Shown here one piece after another: positions 36,878 through 48,810 of a stretch of 64,000 nucleotides of DNA. The stretch spans positions 1,364,001 through 1,428,000 of the forward strand of contig JABVCE010000002.1 of assembly GCA_014905635.1 (NCBI GenBank). The letters run 5' to 3'. Both the position numbers and the translations under genes were made by a program. A model generated the notes under the pieces. The model was not told the DNA's origin and made no database searches. It saw nothing but the letters and a program-made list of their open reading frames with translations. This stretch comes from Scenedesmus sp. PABB004. Taxonomy: Eukaryota. The stretch's first letter is position 1, and each line of letters starts with the position of its first letter.

Positions 36878-39800
36878 GGCGGCGGGGCGGCGCGGCGCGC
36901 GAGCGGGGGCAGCGCAGCGGCGGGGCCGCCGGCCGGCCGGCGGCAACCAGCGCGCGCACCCGGCCCGGCCTGACGCCCGCGCGGCGCGCAGGTGGCGGTG
37001 AAGCGGCTGCGCGTGCTGGACATCGACGACGCGCCCGCGCCCGGGTCGGGCGGCGGCAGCAGCGGCGCGAGCAGCAGCGCCGGCGGCTCGCGCGGCGCCG
37101 GCGGCGGCAGCCAGGCGGCGTTCCGGCAGTTTTTCGAGCGCGAGATCGCCATCCTCGCGAGCATCCGGCACCCCAACGTCGTCAACTTCATCGGCGCGTG
37201 CCACACGCCGGGGCAGCGCTGCCTCGTGACCGAGTACTGCGCGCGCGGCTCGCTGGACCAGGTCCTGCACAAGTCGGGTGCGCCGCTGCGCCGCGCCGCG
37301 GGCCCGCCGCCGCCGCCGGCGGCGTTTGCTTGCTCGCTCTGTGCGCTCGCGCGCTACGCCCGCTCCCCACGCGCGCCGCGCCCGCTGCCCCCCACCCTCA
37401 CGCCCGGCCGCGCGCGCGCGCGCAGGCCTGGCGCTGGACCTGCCCAAGCGCGTGGAGTTTGCGATGGACGTCGCGCGCGGCATGGCCTGCCTGCACGCGC
37501 AGCGGCCCATCATCATCCACCGCGACCTCAAGACCGCCAACCTGCTCGTCAGCGCGCGCTTCGAGGTCAAGGTCGCAGAGTGAGCGCCGCACGCGGGCGC
37601 CGCGCCGCGCCCCGCCCGCCGCCGCCGCCACCGCCCGCGCCGCGGGCTGACGCGCCGCCGCCGCCGCGCCGCTGCCGCCTCCCCACGCGCAGCTTCGGGC
37701 TGTCGCGCATCAAGGACGCCAGCCACGTGAGGCCGCGCGCGCCACGCCGCGGCGCCGCGGCGCGGCTGGGCGCGCGGCGCGCGCGCTCGCGCCCGCCGCC
37801 GCGCCCGGCAGCCCGCCCGCTCACGCGCCCGCCGCGCGCGCGCCGCGCAGCTGCAAGTGTCGCGCGCGGGGCTGGAGGGCACGATCGAGTACTGCGCCCC
37901 CGAGGTGCTGCGCGGCGAGCCCTACACCGAGCGCTGCGACGTCTACAGCTTTGGCGTCGTGCTCTGGTGCGCGCCCCGCCCACCACCGGCCCCGCCGCGC
38001 CGCGCCAGCAGCGCCGCGCCTGCAGCGCCGCGCCCGCAGCGCCGCGCCCGCAGCGCCGCGCCCGCAGCGCCGCCCCGCGCGCGCCGCGTCGACGCCGGCG
38101 CCGCGCCGCGCCCGCCTCCCGCAGGGAGCTGCTCACGCGCGCACGGCCGTACTCTGACGCCGACGTGCCTGTGTTTCTGCTCATGGTCAACATCGGCAAC
38201 GGCTCGCTCGCGCTGCCCGACCTCCCGCCGGACGCGGCCACGCCCGGCCTGCGCGCGCTCACGGCGCGCTGCCTCGCGTTTGCCGCGGCTGACCGGCCCG
38301 AGTTCAGGGAGGTGCTCGCCGCGCTGGAGGCGGAGTACCGCGCGCTGCGCGCCGCGCAGCCCCGCGCCGGCAGCGGCGCGTCGTCGGCGCGCGGCGCCGG
38401 CGCGCCGCCGCTCGTCGCCCAGCAGGCGCCGCAGCAGGCGGGCGGCGGCGGGGTGCCGCGCTGCGACTCGGCGTCGTCCATGGGCGTGCACGCGTCGCCG
38501 CGCGTGGCGGCGGGCAGCCCCGACACGCAGTCGCCAGCGGGCAGCGCCGGGCACGGCTCGGGCACGGGGCACGCCGAGGCCGCGGCGTACGCGGCGGCGG
38601 TGCAGCAGCACGAGGCGCTGCTGATGCAGCAGCAGCAGCAGCAGCAGCAGCAGTTTTACGGCCAGCAGGCGGTGCTCGCGTTTGCGCCGCAGCAGCTCGC
38701 GCAGCAGCAGCAGGGCCAGGCGGGGCGCCACCGGCTCAGCCAGGCGGACAGCCTCTCGTCCTGCGGCGGTGGCGCGCCGCTGCTGGGCGTGCCGCTGGGC
38801 GTGCTGCTGGAGCAGCAGCAGCTCTACCAGCAGCCGTATCAGCAGCAGCAGTTCCAGCAGCACCAGCAGCACCATCAGCAGCAGCAGCAGCAGTTCCAGC
38901 AGGAGCAGCAGCAGCTGCTGCCGCAGCACATGCTGTCGATGCCGCTGCCGCAGCTGCTCATCCCCCACCAGCATGGCCTCGCCGCGGGGATGAGCTGCGG
39001 CATGTCCAGCACCCTGTCCAGCGGCGCGCCGAGCGGCTTCAACAGCCCGCGCGCGTCGCAGCAGCTCGCGGCGGCGGGCGCGTTCCTGCAGGGCGCCGGC
39101 AGCGGCGGCAGCAGCGGCGGCGGCAGCGGCGGCAGCGGCGTGTCGGGGCCGGCGTCGCAGGCCGCGCGCGCGCGGCCGGGCGCCGGCGCCGCGGGCGCGG
39201 CGCCGCACGGGCGCGGCGCCGCGCCCGGCGCGGCGACGTCGTCCAAGCCGCCGCGGCAGCGCGGCGGCCTCAGCCGCGCGCGGTCGCTGCCGGTGCCCCA
39301 GAGCATCTCCTGGCCGCTCGAGGAGGGCGGCGGCGAGGACGAGGACGACGGCGGCGGCCTCGCCGACGCGCTGGGCGCCGAGGACAGCTTCACGTGCAGC
39401 AGCAGCGACTTTGGCGGCGGGCCGCAGCCGCAGCTGCGCTGCGTGTCCGCCTACACGCCCTGCGCCAGCGGGCCGCTGTGCATGGTGCTGGACCCCGCCG
39501 CCAGCGGCGGCGTGAGCAGCGGCCTGCCGCAGCTCTACTACGCCGCGCCGCAGCAGGTGCTGCTCACGAGCCAGGGGCAGCAGGTGCCCGTGGTCGTCGC
39601 GCAGCCCGGCTCGTTCGTGCAGTACGCGCCACAGGCGCACTTCACGGCGGCGCCGGGCGAGGGCCAGGCCCAGGGGCAGCAGCAGCAGCAGCAGCCGCAG
39701 CAGCAGCAGTTCTTTGCGGCGCAGCAGCCGCAGTACGTGGTGCTGCAGCAGCAGCAGCCCGCGCCGGCGGCACAGCAGCTGCCCCCAGCGCGCGCGCTGC

Positions 39801-41203
39801 AGCGCGGCCTCTTCACGCCCAGCCCCACGCCCGGCGGCCTCGCCACGCCGCCGCTGAGCAGCAGCCCCAGCCTGGGGCTCAACCCGCTGGCGGTCATGGC
39901 CGCGGCGGGCGCGGCGGCGGCGGCGGCGCGGCGCGAGGGCAGCGCCAGCGGCACCGCCTCGCCCAGCCACGCGCACGCCGGCGGCTTCAGCCTGCACCGC
40001 CGCAGCAGCAGCCAGGGCGGCTCGCGCGGCGTGCCGCCGCTGCAGCTGCTGCAGCTGGGCGACCCGGGCTCGCCGACGCCGCTGTCGGCGCGCGGCGGCG
40101 CCGACTCGGGCTGCAGCACGCCCATGCTGGGCGGCGGCGGCCCGGTCGCGCCGGCACTGCTGCTGCAGCGCCTGGACAGCCTCAACCGCAGCGGCAGCGC
40201 CAGCCCGCGCAGCGGCAGCGTGCACGTGCTGCCGTCGCCCGTGCTGCACAGCGAGGGCTCGGGCCAGCTCGTCGGGGTGTTCGTGGGCGTCGTGCCGGGG
40301 CCGCCCTCGGGCGGCGGCTCGCCCCTGGGCGCGCCGCTGGCGCCCGGCGGCGGCCACTCGGGCGCGCACCGCCACGCGAGCAGCCGGCTGGCGATCCAGG
40401 GCTCGTACGAGCTGCCGCCCGGCGGCCAGCTGGGCGCGGCGCCCGCGCCGGCTGGCAGCGGCGCCTACAGCAGCGGCGCGCCGGGCGACGCGGCGGCTGG
40501 CTACCCGCCGCCGCCGCCGCACCTGCAGCCCAACCGGCGCCCGCCCAGCCTGCTGCGCATCGACAGCAGGGACCGCGACCGCTCGGTCAGCCCCTTTGCG
40601 GTCGCGGCGCACGGCGACGGCGGCGGCCAGCTCGGCGCGGCGGCGCCCGCGGGCGTGGGCCGCTCGCCGTTCGCGGCGGCGGCGGGCAGCGCGCCGTCGC
40701 CGTTTGCGCCGGCTGCTCACGCGGGCAGCAGCGGCGGCGCGCGCACGGCGTCGCCCTTTGCCGCGGCCTCCGGCGCGCCGTCGCGCACAGCGTCGCCCTT
40801 TGCCGCAGCCTCTGGCGCGCCCTCTCGCACGGCGTCGCCCTTTGTCGCGGCCTCCGGCGCGCCGTCGCGCACGGCGTCGCCCTTTGCCGCGGCGTCTGGC
40901 GCCGGCAGCGCGGCGCTGTCGCCGTTTGCGGCGGCGGCGTCCGCGGGCGCCGATGCGGCGTCCAGCATGGGCGCCAGCGACGCGGCGGGCGGCTCGTCAG
41001 CCCCTCGCTGCGCCGCCGCAAGCCCCTTCGCGGCGGCGGCGGCGGCGGCGGGCGAGGCCGACCAGGACACGGGCGCCGTGGCGGACGCGTCACCGCGGCA
41101 GGAGCTGCCGGAGCGGGGCGCCAGCGCCGGCGGCGGCAGGGGCAGCAAGCCTGGAGTGAGCCCGTTTGCGCTCCAGCAGGCGGCGGGCGGGGGCGCACCG
41201 TAG
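33170..41203 (+). CDS. Raf-like (TKL) protein kinase with N-terminal ACT-like domain, CBS pair and long disordered regions; 1-nt frameshift near 34200
   Basis: ACT-like [34 protein letters not shown] pair [19 protein letters not shown]...GFLTRRDFF...[14 protein letters not shown]...[10 protein letters not shown]. Kinase [50 protein letters not shown] (split by an intron), [26 protein letters not shown]. Confidence 0.88.
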
Positions 41204-42090
41204 GGCACGCCGCGCGGCGGCTGGGATGAGCTGTGTGGTGGTGCGGCGCGCGTGCCGCTCGCCAACCCTACGTCTCTGATTGTTTTGCCTTTAAGCACTT
41301 GCGGTTCACAAGGCACGGGGGTCTGCACTCCAGCCACAGGCCCTGGTGCGGCGCCAAACGCTGCCGGGACGGGGGCGGTCGGCGCGACGCGCGCCGCCTG
41401 TACAGCACGGGGCGGCGCGCCTCCTGGAGCGGCGTGGCGCGGGCGCGCAGGTGCGCGGCCCGGTCGCTGGCCGGCACGGCGGCCCCGGCGGAGGGATCTG
41501 GCGCTGGCCTCCGGGCTCGGCGCGCCTGAGCCAAGGCGCCCTGCTTGTGCGGGGCGGCGGCGCGAGCGGGGCCGCACTGCACACGCGCGCGCGGCTCGGC
41601 AGGCAGCAAGTGTTGCGCGGGCGAGGGTCCGAGGGCCCGCGGGGACGGGCGCGCAGGCAGAAAGCAGGGCCTCCGGGCGAGCGGCGGACTGGCATCCTCT
41701 TGAGCTTAAGCGGGGCCGCCGCGTGCTCGCCTCGAGCGCGCGCGGCGCGGGAGCGCGTGCGGCGCCGTGACTCGCGGCGGCCGGCGCGTTTGTGGTGGTG
41801 GCGAGAAAGCAAGAGCAAGCGTAGGTGTTTGTTTGTTTGTTGCCGCGCGCGCGCCGCCGGGCCCGCGCCGTTGAGTTGACGCGGTGCGCGGCGGCGCGCG
41901 CGCAGGCGGGGCCCACGTGTGCGGCCGGGTCCATCTCTTGTTGCTGCGTGTGAGGGCCCGCGCCCGTCGTGCGCGCTTTAGTCAGGCCTCAGGCGTCGAT
42001 CGGTGCTGCGCGGCCCATCGGTTGCGTCCCCGCTGCAACTGGTCCAGTCCCGCCGACCGCGCGAACCCAGGCAGGCAAGCCGCTCGCGCC

Positions 42091-43058
42091 ATGCAGCAGC
42101 AGCTCGCAGCGCGGGGCCGGGCAGCAGCGGCGGCGGCGCCCGCCGCTCGCCGCGGGCGCGGGGCACGGCCGCGCTGCGGCGTGGTGCCCTTGGCGTCCAT
42201 CTGCGCGCGCTGGACCCTCGACGCCCGGTGAGCCGCGCTGGCAGCGCGGCAGCGGCGCGCTGGCAGCGCGCAGCAGCAGCGTCCGCCGCCGCCGGCGAGC
42301 GAGCCCTCCCCATGCACGCAGGTACGGGCAGAAGGCGGAGGCGACGGCGCTGCTGCAGGAGTGGGTGGCCCGCATCGGCAGCCAGGCGGGGCTGACGCCG
42401 CAGAACACGCGGCTCTCGGGCGGCTGCCTCGGCGCGCCGGAGTCGCGGCTCGAGGTGCGGCGCGCGGCGGCGCGCCGATGCAGCGCGCCGACGCCCCGCG
42501 CGCCCCGATGTCGCCGCGCGGCCGCCCGGCGCCGCAGATGGAGGTCACGCTCGACTCGCTGGCGGCGTGGGAGGCGTTCCTGGCAGCGCTGCCGATGGAC
42601 GAGCACCGCGCGTGGGGCCAGCGCCTGGCGGGCGTGGTCGTGGACGGCAGCCCCGCCTGGGTCGTGCACCGCACGATCCCAGTGCTGCCGCCGCAGGGCG
42701 CGGCCGCAGGGCGCGTGGTCGCGGCGGGGGCCGCCGCCGGCGCGGCGCCCGTCGCACCGCCGCGGCTGGTCATCACCGACCAGGTGCGGCGGGGGCACGC
42801 GGCGCGCGGCAGCCGCCTCGCACGACGCGCGCACGACTGGCGCGCGCTCGCACGCCGCCGCAGGTGGGCTTGGAGGACATCGCGGCCTGGCAGCAGCAGC
42901 TCGCGCAGGCGCCGCAGCAGCAGCCGGCGCCGCCCGAGGCGCCGAGCGAGGCGGGCGAGCCGCCGGCCAAGCGCGACGCGGCGGACCTGCCGCTGGACTG
43001 GAAGGGCGAGCCGATGCGCATCAGCCCGGGCGACAAGCTGCCGTTCAAGTTCCTGTGA
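42091..43058 (+). CDS. Probable plastid protein with a NIPSNAP-like/dimeric alpha-beta barrel domain, 4 exons
   Basis: Transit peptide, then ICARWTLDAR/YGQKAEATALLQEWVARIG...GCLGAPESRLE/MEVTLDSLAAWEAFLA...HRAWGQRLAGVVVDGSPAWVVHR, and a C-terminal LDWKGEPMRISPGDKLPF. The fold assignment is by pattern only. Confidence 0.65.
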
Positions 43059-43292
43059 CGAACGTGACCGGCCCCGGGGTGCGAGCAGCGGGGTTGATTG
43101 CAGCGCCGGCAAGCTCGGATCCACCAGCCCTGCAATCCAGGCTCCCTCCCTGACCGCTCCACGTTGCGCGCTGCACGCGCACACAGCGCGGCCGCTCTCC
43201 GCCGCCGAGCACTCGCTGCCGCCGGTCGCCGGCTGCTCGCTCGCTGCGGCTCCGTCGGAGCGATACCAGCCGCCGTGGCAGCGCCCCGCGCG

Positions 43293-43960
43293 ATGGCGAC
43301 CGCAGAAGCGGCGCTGGGCAGCCTGGCGGCGGCGGACGCCGCGCTGGCCGACCTCGTGGCGGGCCTGGGCGGCGCCGGCGCGGGCGGCAGTGACGTGCCC
43401 GGTGCGTGGGTACGGTTGGGGATCGCGTGGGCGCCCTGCCCCGCTCGCGTCTGCGCGCCGCCCGCCAGCGCGGCCCCGGCAGCAGCGGCGAACGCCGCGC
43501 CCCGCGATCGCTGGCCGCTGAGCGCCCCGGCGCCGCCCACCCCCGGCTCTCCAGCTGCAGGCAAGGCTGCAGAGTTCATGGACGCGGTGGCGGGCGTGCA
43601 GCGCTTCCTCAGCGACTTTGGCGCCGCGCCGCCGCGGAGCAGGCAGGCGGCGCTGGAGCGCGACGTGGCGGCGCTCGAGCGCGAGCTCGCCCGCGCGGTG
43701 CGGCTCGCGCCGCGCGGCCTGCGTCACGGGCCGGCTGCGGCCGCGCGCCTCGCGGCGCGGGCGGCGACTGGCGCGCCCCGCCGCCGTGAGCCCGCGCGCC
43801 GCCGCCCGCCGCGGCCGTGGCGCAGACCGCGCTGCTGCGCAAGACTGACTTCTACGTCCAGCAGTGGCACAGCAAGTGCCAGGAGCTGCGCACCAAGCAC
43901 GAGGCCGCGCTCACAGACCAGGTCGGCGCCGCCGCCGCGCCGGTCGCCCGGCCCGAGTGA
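43293..43960 (+). CDS. MED28: Mediator subunit MED28-like, 3 exons
   Basis: The spliced product GKAAEFMDAVAGVQRFLSDF...SRQAALERDVAALERELARA/TALLRKTDFYVQQWHSKCQELRTKHEAAL parallels plant Med28 (FMEAA..LQ.YF...L+++I..+E.EL..K..L+.K....+..W). Confidence 0.7.
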
Positions 43961-44290
43961 GGCGCGCGCGCCGACTCCCTCGCACCCCACCCCTCCGCGG
44001 GCCCGGCCGTGACGCCGGTGCCCGAGTGCGCGACCCCTGCCCGGCGGCCAGGCCGGCGCCGCCTGCCTCGTGCAGCCAGCCGCCCCTCCCCCAGTGCGCG
44101 ACGAGCAGCGCACCCCCGCCTGGTGCGGCCGCAGCCGCCGCCGTGCCGGCTGCCTGCCGCCCTGCCAGCTGCGCACCTGCGGCTGCCGATGGGAGCGCAG
44201 CTGCCGCAGCTGCCGCGCACCGCCTGTTGGCCCGCGCTCGGCATTCGCACTCGCACGCACGTGCACGCGTGGTCTGTGTGATAAGAACGT

Positions 44291-44307
44291 TGTAACAAAA
44301 GGTTACA
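44291..44307. promoter_or_regulatory. Paired, inverted TGTAA polyadenylation signals (+ 44291-44295; - 44303-44307) between convergent MED28 and PAP2 genes
   Basis: Sequence TGTAACAAAAGGTTACA. TGTAA is the established chlorophyte poly(A) signal. Confidence 0.7.
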
Positions 44308-44351
44308 CACCGGCGCCCCCGCAGATGGCGGAGAGGCCGGCGGCAGGGCAG

Positions 44352-45346
44352 TCACAGCCCCGCCTCGTCGCCGCCAGCGGCGGCGCGGTCCAGCCTGTCC
44401 AGCTGGTCATAGGCGCAGGCGAGCGCCGACACGCACGCGACGCTCAGCAGGCCGCCCGCGAGCGTGTCAGACACCCAGTGAGCGTCCAAGAGCACGCGGC
44501 CCGCCGCCGTGGTGCCCCACGCGGCGGCCCACACCGCCAGGCCGGCGGCGTCGAGCCTGCGCAGCGCCGCTGCCGCGGCGCTGTCGCCGCCGCCGCCGCC
44601 GGCCGCCTGGTCGCGCTCTGCCCACAGGTTCAGCGCCAGCGGCAGCAGGACCGCGACGAGCGCGCCCACGACAAAGACGGCCGCCGCCGTGTGGCCGCTG
44701 GGAAACGAGAAGCTGTGGTGCAGCACCGCGCTCGGGCGCGACCGGTGAAAGGCCTCCTTGAGCGTGGCGACGAGCGGCGGGTCGCCCCGCCCGAGCAGCG
44801 GGCCGCACAAGGCCGCGTACGCCGCCCACGCGAGCGCCACGCGGGGCGCGGCGCGGCGCGGCGCGGCCGCGAGCGCGGCCCCGCTCGCCGCCGCCCAGCC
44901 GGCGACGCCCGCGACGATGGCCGCGTCGCTCAGCGCCTCGCCCAGCAGCGCGCGTGTGCCGGCGTCGACGCCGGCCACCGCCGCATGCGCCGCGGCGTCG
45001 AGCTGCAAGAGCGCCGACGCCGCGCCGGGCGCGGCCGACGCCGCCGGCAGCGCGCCGTCCGCGGCCTGCGCGGCGCCGGCGTCGGCCAGCAGGCCCCGAG
45101 CGCCGCCGCCGGGCCGTCACCGCCGAAGACCAGGGCGGCGATGAGCGAGAAGCCGGCCAGCGCGGCCGCGCCGGTCGTCGGGCTGGCCGCCAGCGCCTGC
45201 GCACCGCTCTGTCTGCGATGAGGTGGCGCTGCACGCCTCCCCGCCGGCGGCGCTGCGCGGCTCGCCGCCGGCCGCACGTCGCGGCGCTGGCCGCGCCGGG
45301 ACAGCGCGGCGCCGCCCGGCCACGCGCGCCGCGCTGCCGCCTGCAT
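44352..45346 (-). CDS. PAP2-family membrane phosphatase; 1-nt frameshift near 45095
   Basis: All three PAP2 motifs are present (KEAFHRSRP, SFPSGH, GRVLLDAHWVSD) along with hydrophobic segments. The N-terminal part is in a different frame, joined at a G-run. Confidence 0.85.
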
Positions 45347-45413
45347 GCTGATGTAGAGGGCGAGATGCGCAGGAGCTGGCGCGCGCGGCGGGCGGAGTGC
45401 GTGGGTGTGCGCG

Positions 45414-45542
45414 CCGCGCGATCGCGCGGCGCGGCGGCGCTGGCGGAATTGTCCTCTCTGATGCGATTTGCGCGAAACGCCGACGCGAAAACCCGAGTCG
45501 GAGCGACCTGCCTCACTGCGACGATGCGAGGGAGTGGCGCGC
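45414..45542. repeat. 129-bp direct repeat, copy 1 (in the PAP2/HPPK-DHPS divergent intergenic region)
   Basis: Identical by eye to 50671-50799. Confidence 0.92.
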
Positions 45543-45834
45543 CCTGCGCGGGCGCCGGCGGTCCAGGCCGGCCGCTTGCGCCGCCGCCGCGGCGCAGCGC
45601 GCCGAGCTGAACCCGCCCGCCAGCTCGCCCCCACATCGCGCTGGCCCGCCGGCGCGCACACGCACAACGGAGCAGCAGCAGCAGCAGCAGCACCGCCCAC
45701 CACCGGCAGCAGCGGCCCCCCTCTCGCCGCCAGCGCGCCCGCCGCCGCCTCGCCTGGCGCGTTCCCAGCGTCTCCGCGCCCGGCTGGCGTCGTAAAAGTG
45801 CCAATGAGCGGCCGCTAGAGCCCGCACGGCCGCC

Positions 45835-46355
45835 ATGCTGGCAGCAGCGGGCCGGCGCGGCGCGTCCGCAGCGGCGGCCGCGGCGGCAGCGCTGTGAGCG
45901 GCGCCCCGGGCCGGCCGGCCGCGGACCTGGCGCGCCCGGAGGTCCTCCGCCTCACCTCACGCGCGCGCGCCGCGCCGCCGCCCCCGCCGCGCGCAGCCGC
46001 GGCCTGCGCACGAGCGCGGCCGCGCCCGCGCCGACCACGGCGCCGCCGCAGCACCTGGAGCACGCCGAGGTCGTCATCGCCCTGGGCAGCAACCAGGTGC
46101 GGCGCGGTGCGCAGGCCGGGCCTGCTGGCGGGCGCGCGTGGGCACGGGCGCCGCCGCGCTAGCGCCGAGCCGGCCACGCCGCGCACCCCTCGCAGGGCAA
46201 CCGCGTCGACAGCCTGCTGGACGCGCTCGCCGCACTCACGCAGCACGCGATCGAGGTGCGCGCAGGGACGGGGGCGCGTGTGGTGGCCGCCAGGTGGCGG
46301 TGGGAGGGAGAGGGGCTTTGGCTTGCGCGCACAACTGGCGGTGGGCACAGCGCCT

Positions 46356-46399
<44 letters not shown>

Positions 46400-48625
46400 C
46401 GCCGCGTCCCCACGCGCCCGCACCGCGCGCGCCGCCGCCACGCGCGTGCCAGGTGCTGCGCGTGTCGCTGCTGTACGAGACGGCGCCGATGTACGTGAGC
46501 GAGCAGGCGCCCTTCCTCAACGCCGCCGTGCTCGGCCGCACCGACCTCTCGCCGCTGCAGCTGCTGTACCATCTGAAGCAGATCGAGAAGCAGGCCGGTG
46601 CGGCGGCGCCCCGCCCCGCACGCAGCAAGCGCCGGGCGCCGGGCGCCGTGCGCCGTGCGCCGGGCGCCGCCGCCGCCGCCGGCCCACGCCGCCGCGCCGG
46701 CGCTGCGCAGGCCGGGATCTCGTCACGGGGCGGCGCCACGGCCCGCGGCCGCTCGACCTGGACATCATCTTTTACGGCCACAACGACATGTCGCACGAGG
46801 CGCTGCGCATCCCACACATCAGGTGCCGCGAACGCAGCCGCAGCCGGCAAACAGCTGCCCGGCAGCGGGCAGGCGGCGCGGGCGCTCGGGCCGCTGCGCC
46901 GCCGCCCCGACACGCTGCCGCCGCCGCCGCCACCGCCGCCCCGACGCGCCGCCACCGCCGCGGCGCCGCCGCCACCGGCGCGCAGCTGGCAGGACCGCGC
47001 ATTTGTCAAGGCGCCCATGGCCGACCTGCTGCTGCCGGAGGACATCCAGCGCGGCTACGTCGCGGAGCCGGCGCCGGGCGCGTCGGTGGTCGACCGGCTG
47101 CTGCAGGCGGTGCAGCAGTGGGAGGGCGAGGGCGGCGAGGCGCAGGCGCGTGCGCCGCGCGCCGGCCGCGGCGGCGCGCCGCTCGGCGGGTCGCGGGTGG
47201 GCGCCCACGCGCGCGCCGGCCGCCGCGCCGCAGGTCGGCCAGCCGGGGCTGTGCCGCGTGCTGCCGATTCACCGCCAGATCTGGGAGCTGGGGCACAGCA
47301 CCCACATCTGCGGCGTGCTCAACGTCACGCCCGACAGCTTCAGCGACGGCGGCCGCTACCTGCCGCCGCGCGCCGGCGCGTCGCCCGCGGGCGTGGTGCA
47401 CAGCCAGGTCGCGGGCGGCAGCCACGCCGGCGGCGGCGCGCTGCCGCAGCAGCCGCCGCAGCAGCCGCCGCCGGAGCAGCAGCGGCAGGAGCAGCAGCCG
47501 GCGCAGGCGCAGGGCGCGGCGCCGCAGCCGGCGGCGGCCGCCGCCGCGCCGCCAGGGCCGGCCGCGGGCGGGGGCGGCGCGCCGCCGGCGCCGGGGCCGC
47601 TGGCGGCCGGCTACCCGGCCAGCGTGACCGGCAGCGCCGACGTCGACGTGGCCGGCGCGGTGGAGGCGGCGCGCGCGATGGCGCGCGCCGGCGCCGCGAT
47701 GATCGACGTCGGCGGCCAGTCCACGCGCCCGGGCTCGGCGCGGCTGGGCAGCGAGGAGGAGCTCGCGCGGGTCATCCCCGTCATACGGTGCGCCCGGGGG
47801 GGGGGGGGGGGGGGGGGGGGCGGGCGGGGCGGGCGAGTGCGTGGTGCTCGACGCCGGCCTCGCACCCGCCGCCGCAGGGCGCTGCGCGAGGACTCGGAGC
47901 TGGTGCACCTGCCGGTGTCGGTCGACACGTACCACGCGGCCGTGGCCGAGGCGGCGGTCGCGTGCGGGGCGGACATGGTCAACGACGTCACCGGCGGCCG
48001 CCACGACCCGCGCATGTTTGCCGCCGCCGCGGCGCTGGGCGTGCCGTACTGCCTGACCCACATGCGCGGCGACCTGGGCACCATGGGCGCGCCGTCGCAC
48101 ACGGCGTACGGCTGCGTGTGGCGCGAGGTCGGCGCGGAGCTGCGCGCGAGCGCCGCCGCGGCGGTCGCGGCGGGCGTGCTGCCCTGGAACCTGGTGCTCG
48201 ACCCGGGGCTGGGCTTTGCCAAGACGAGCGAGGGCAGCGCCGAGCTGCTGGGCCACCTCGGCGCGATGCGGCGCGAGGTGCTGCGCGGCGTGTGGGGGCG
48301 CATGCCGCTGCTCGTCGGGCCCAGCCGCAAGCGCTTCATCGGGAAGCTCACAGGTGCGGGGCGCGGCGGTGCGCGGTGCAGTGGGTGGCGCGGTGCCGCC
48401 GCTGACAGCCGACCCGCCGCCCCGCCGCCCGCGCGCGCGCCACCGCCGCGCCGGCCAGGGCGGCACGTGCCGGCGGAGCGCGACCTCGGCACCGCGGCCG
48501 CGTGCGTCGCGGCGGTCGCGCAGGGCGCGGACGTGGTGCGCGTGCACAACGTGCCGCTCGTGGCAGAGGCGCTGCGCGTCGCCGACGGCGTGCTGCGCGG
48601 CGCGTGGCCAGTGCTCGAGCCCTGA
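45835..48625 (+). CDS. HPPK-DHPS: Bifunctional HPPK-dihydropteroate synthase (folK-folP), multi-exon
   Basis: HPPK: VVIALGSNQ/GNR, SLLYETAPMY, FLNAAV, LKQIEKQA/GR, GPRPLDLDIIFY, LRIPH. DHPS: GVLNVTPDSFSDGG, IDVGGQSTRPG, SVDTY, VNDVTGG, HMRG, LDPGLGFAK, GPSRKRF, VRVHNV. Confidence 0.96.
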
Positions 48626-48810
48626 AGCGCGGCGGTGCTGCGCCGCCCGGCGCGTGACGCCGCCGCGCCCTGGCCCTCTATCGACACTCTCGTTTCACAC
48701 CCCGCCGCGCACAGCCCGCGGCAAGGCCAATTGCAACGACCAGGCTGCGCCGTGCGGCGGCCGGCGCCAGCCCCGATCGAGTTTTGCGCAGCTGCAGCCC
48801 GTCGCGTGCG

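Noticed and set aside
37570..37700. Kinase appears to lack DFG (ORF reads KVAE*), suggesting a pseudokinase
   Set aside because: An intron splits the Asp codon (GA|C); splicing restores VADFGLSR.
38005..38080. Short tandem CAGCGCCGCGCCCG repeats
   Set aside because: Intronic low-complexity minisatellite typical of this genome, with no sign of function.
45414..45542. 129-bp repeat as a tRNA, snRNA or C/D snoRNA
   Set aside because: I could not identify a cloverleaf, Sm site or canonical paired C/D boxes by eye, so it is left as an unclassified repeat.
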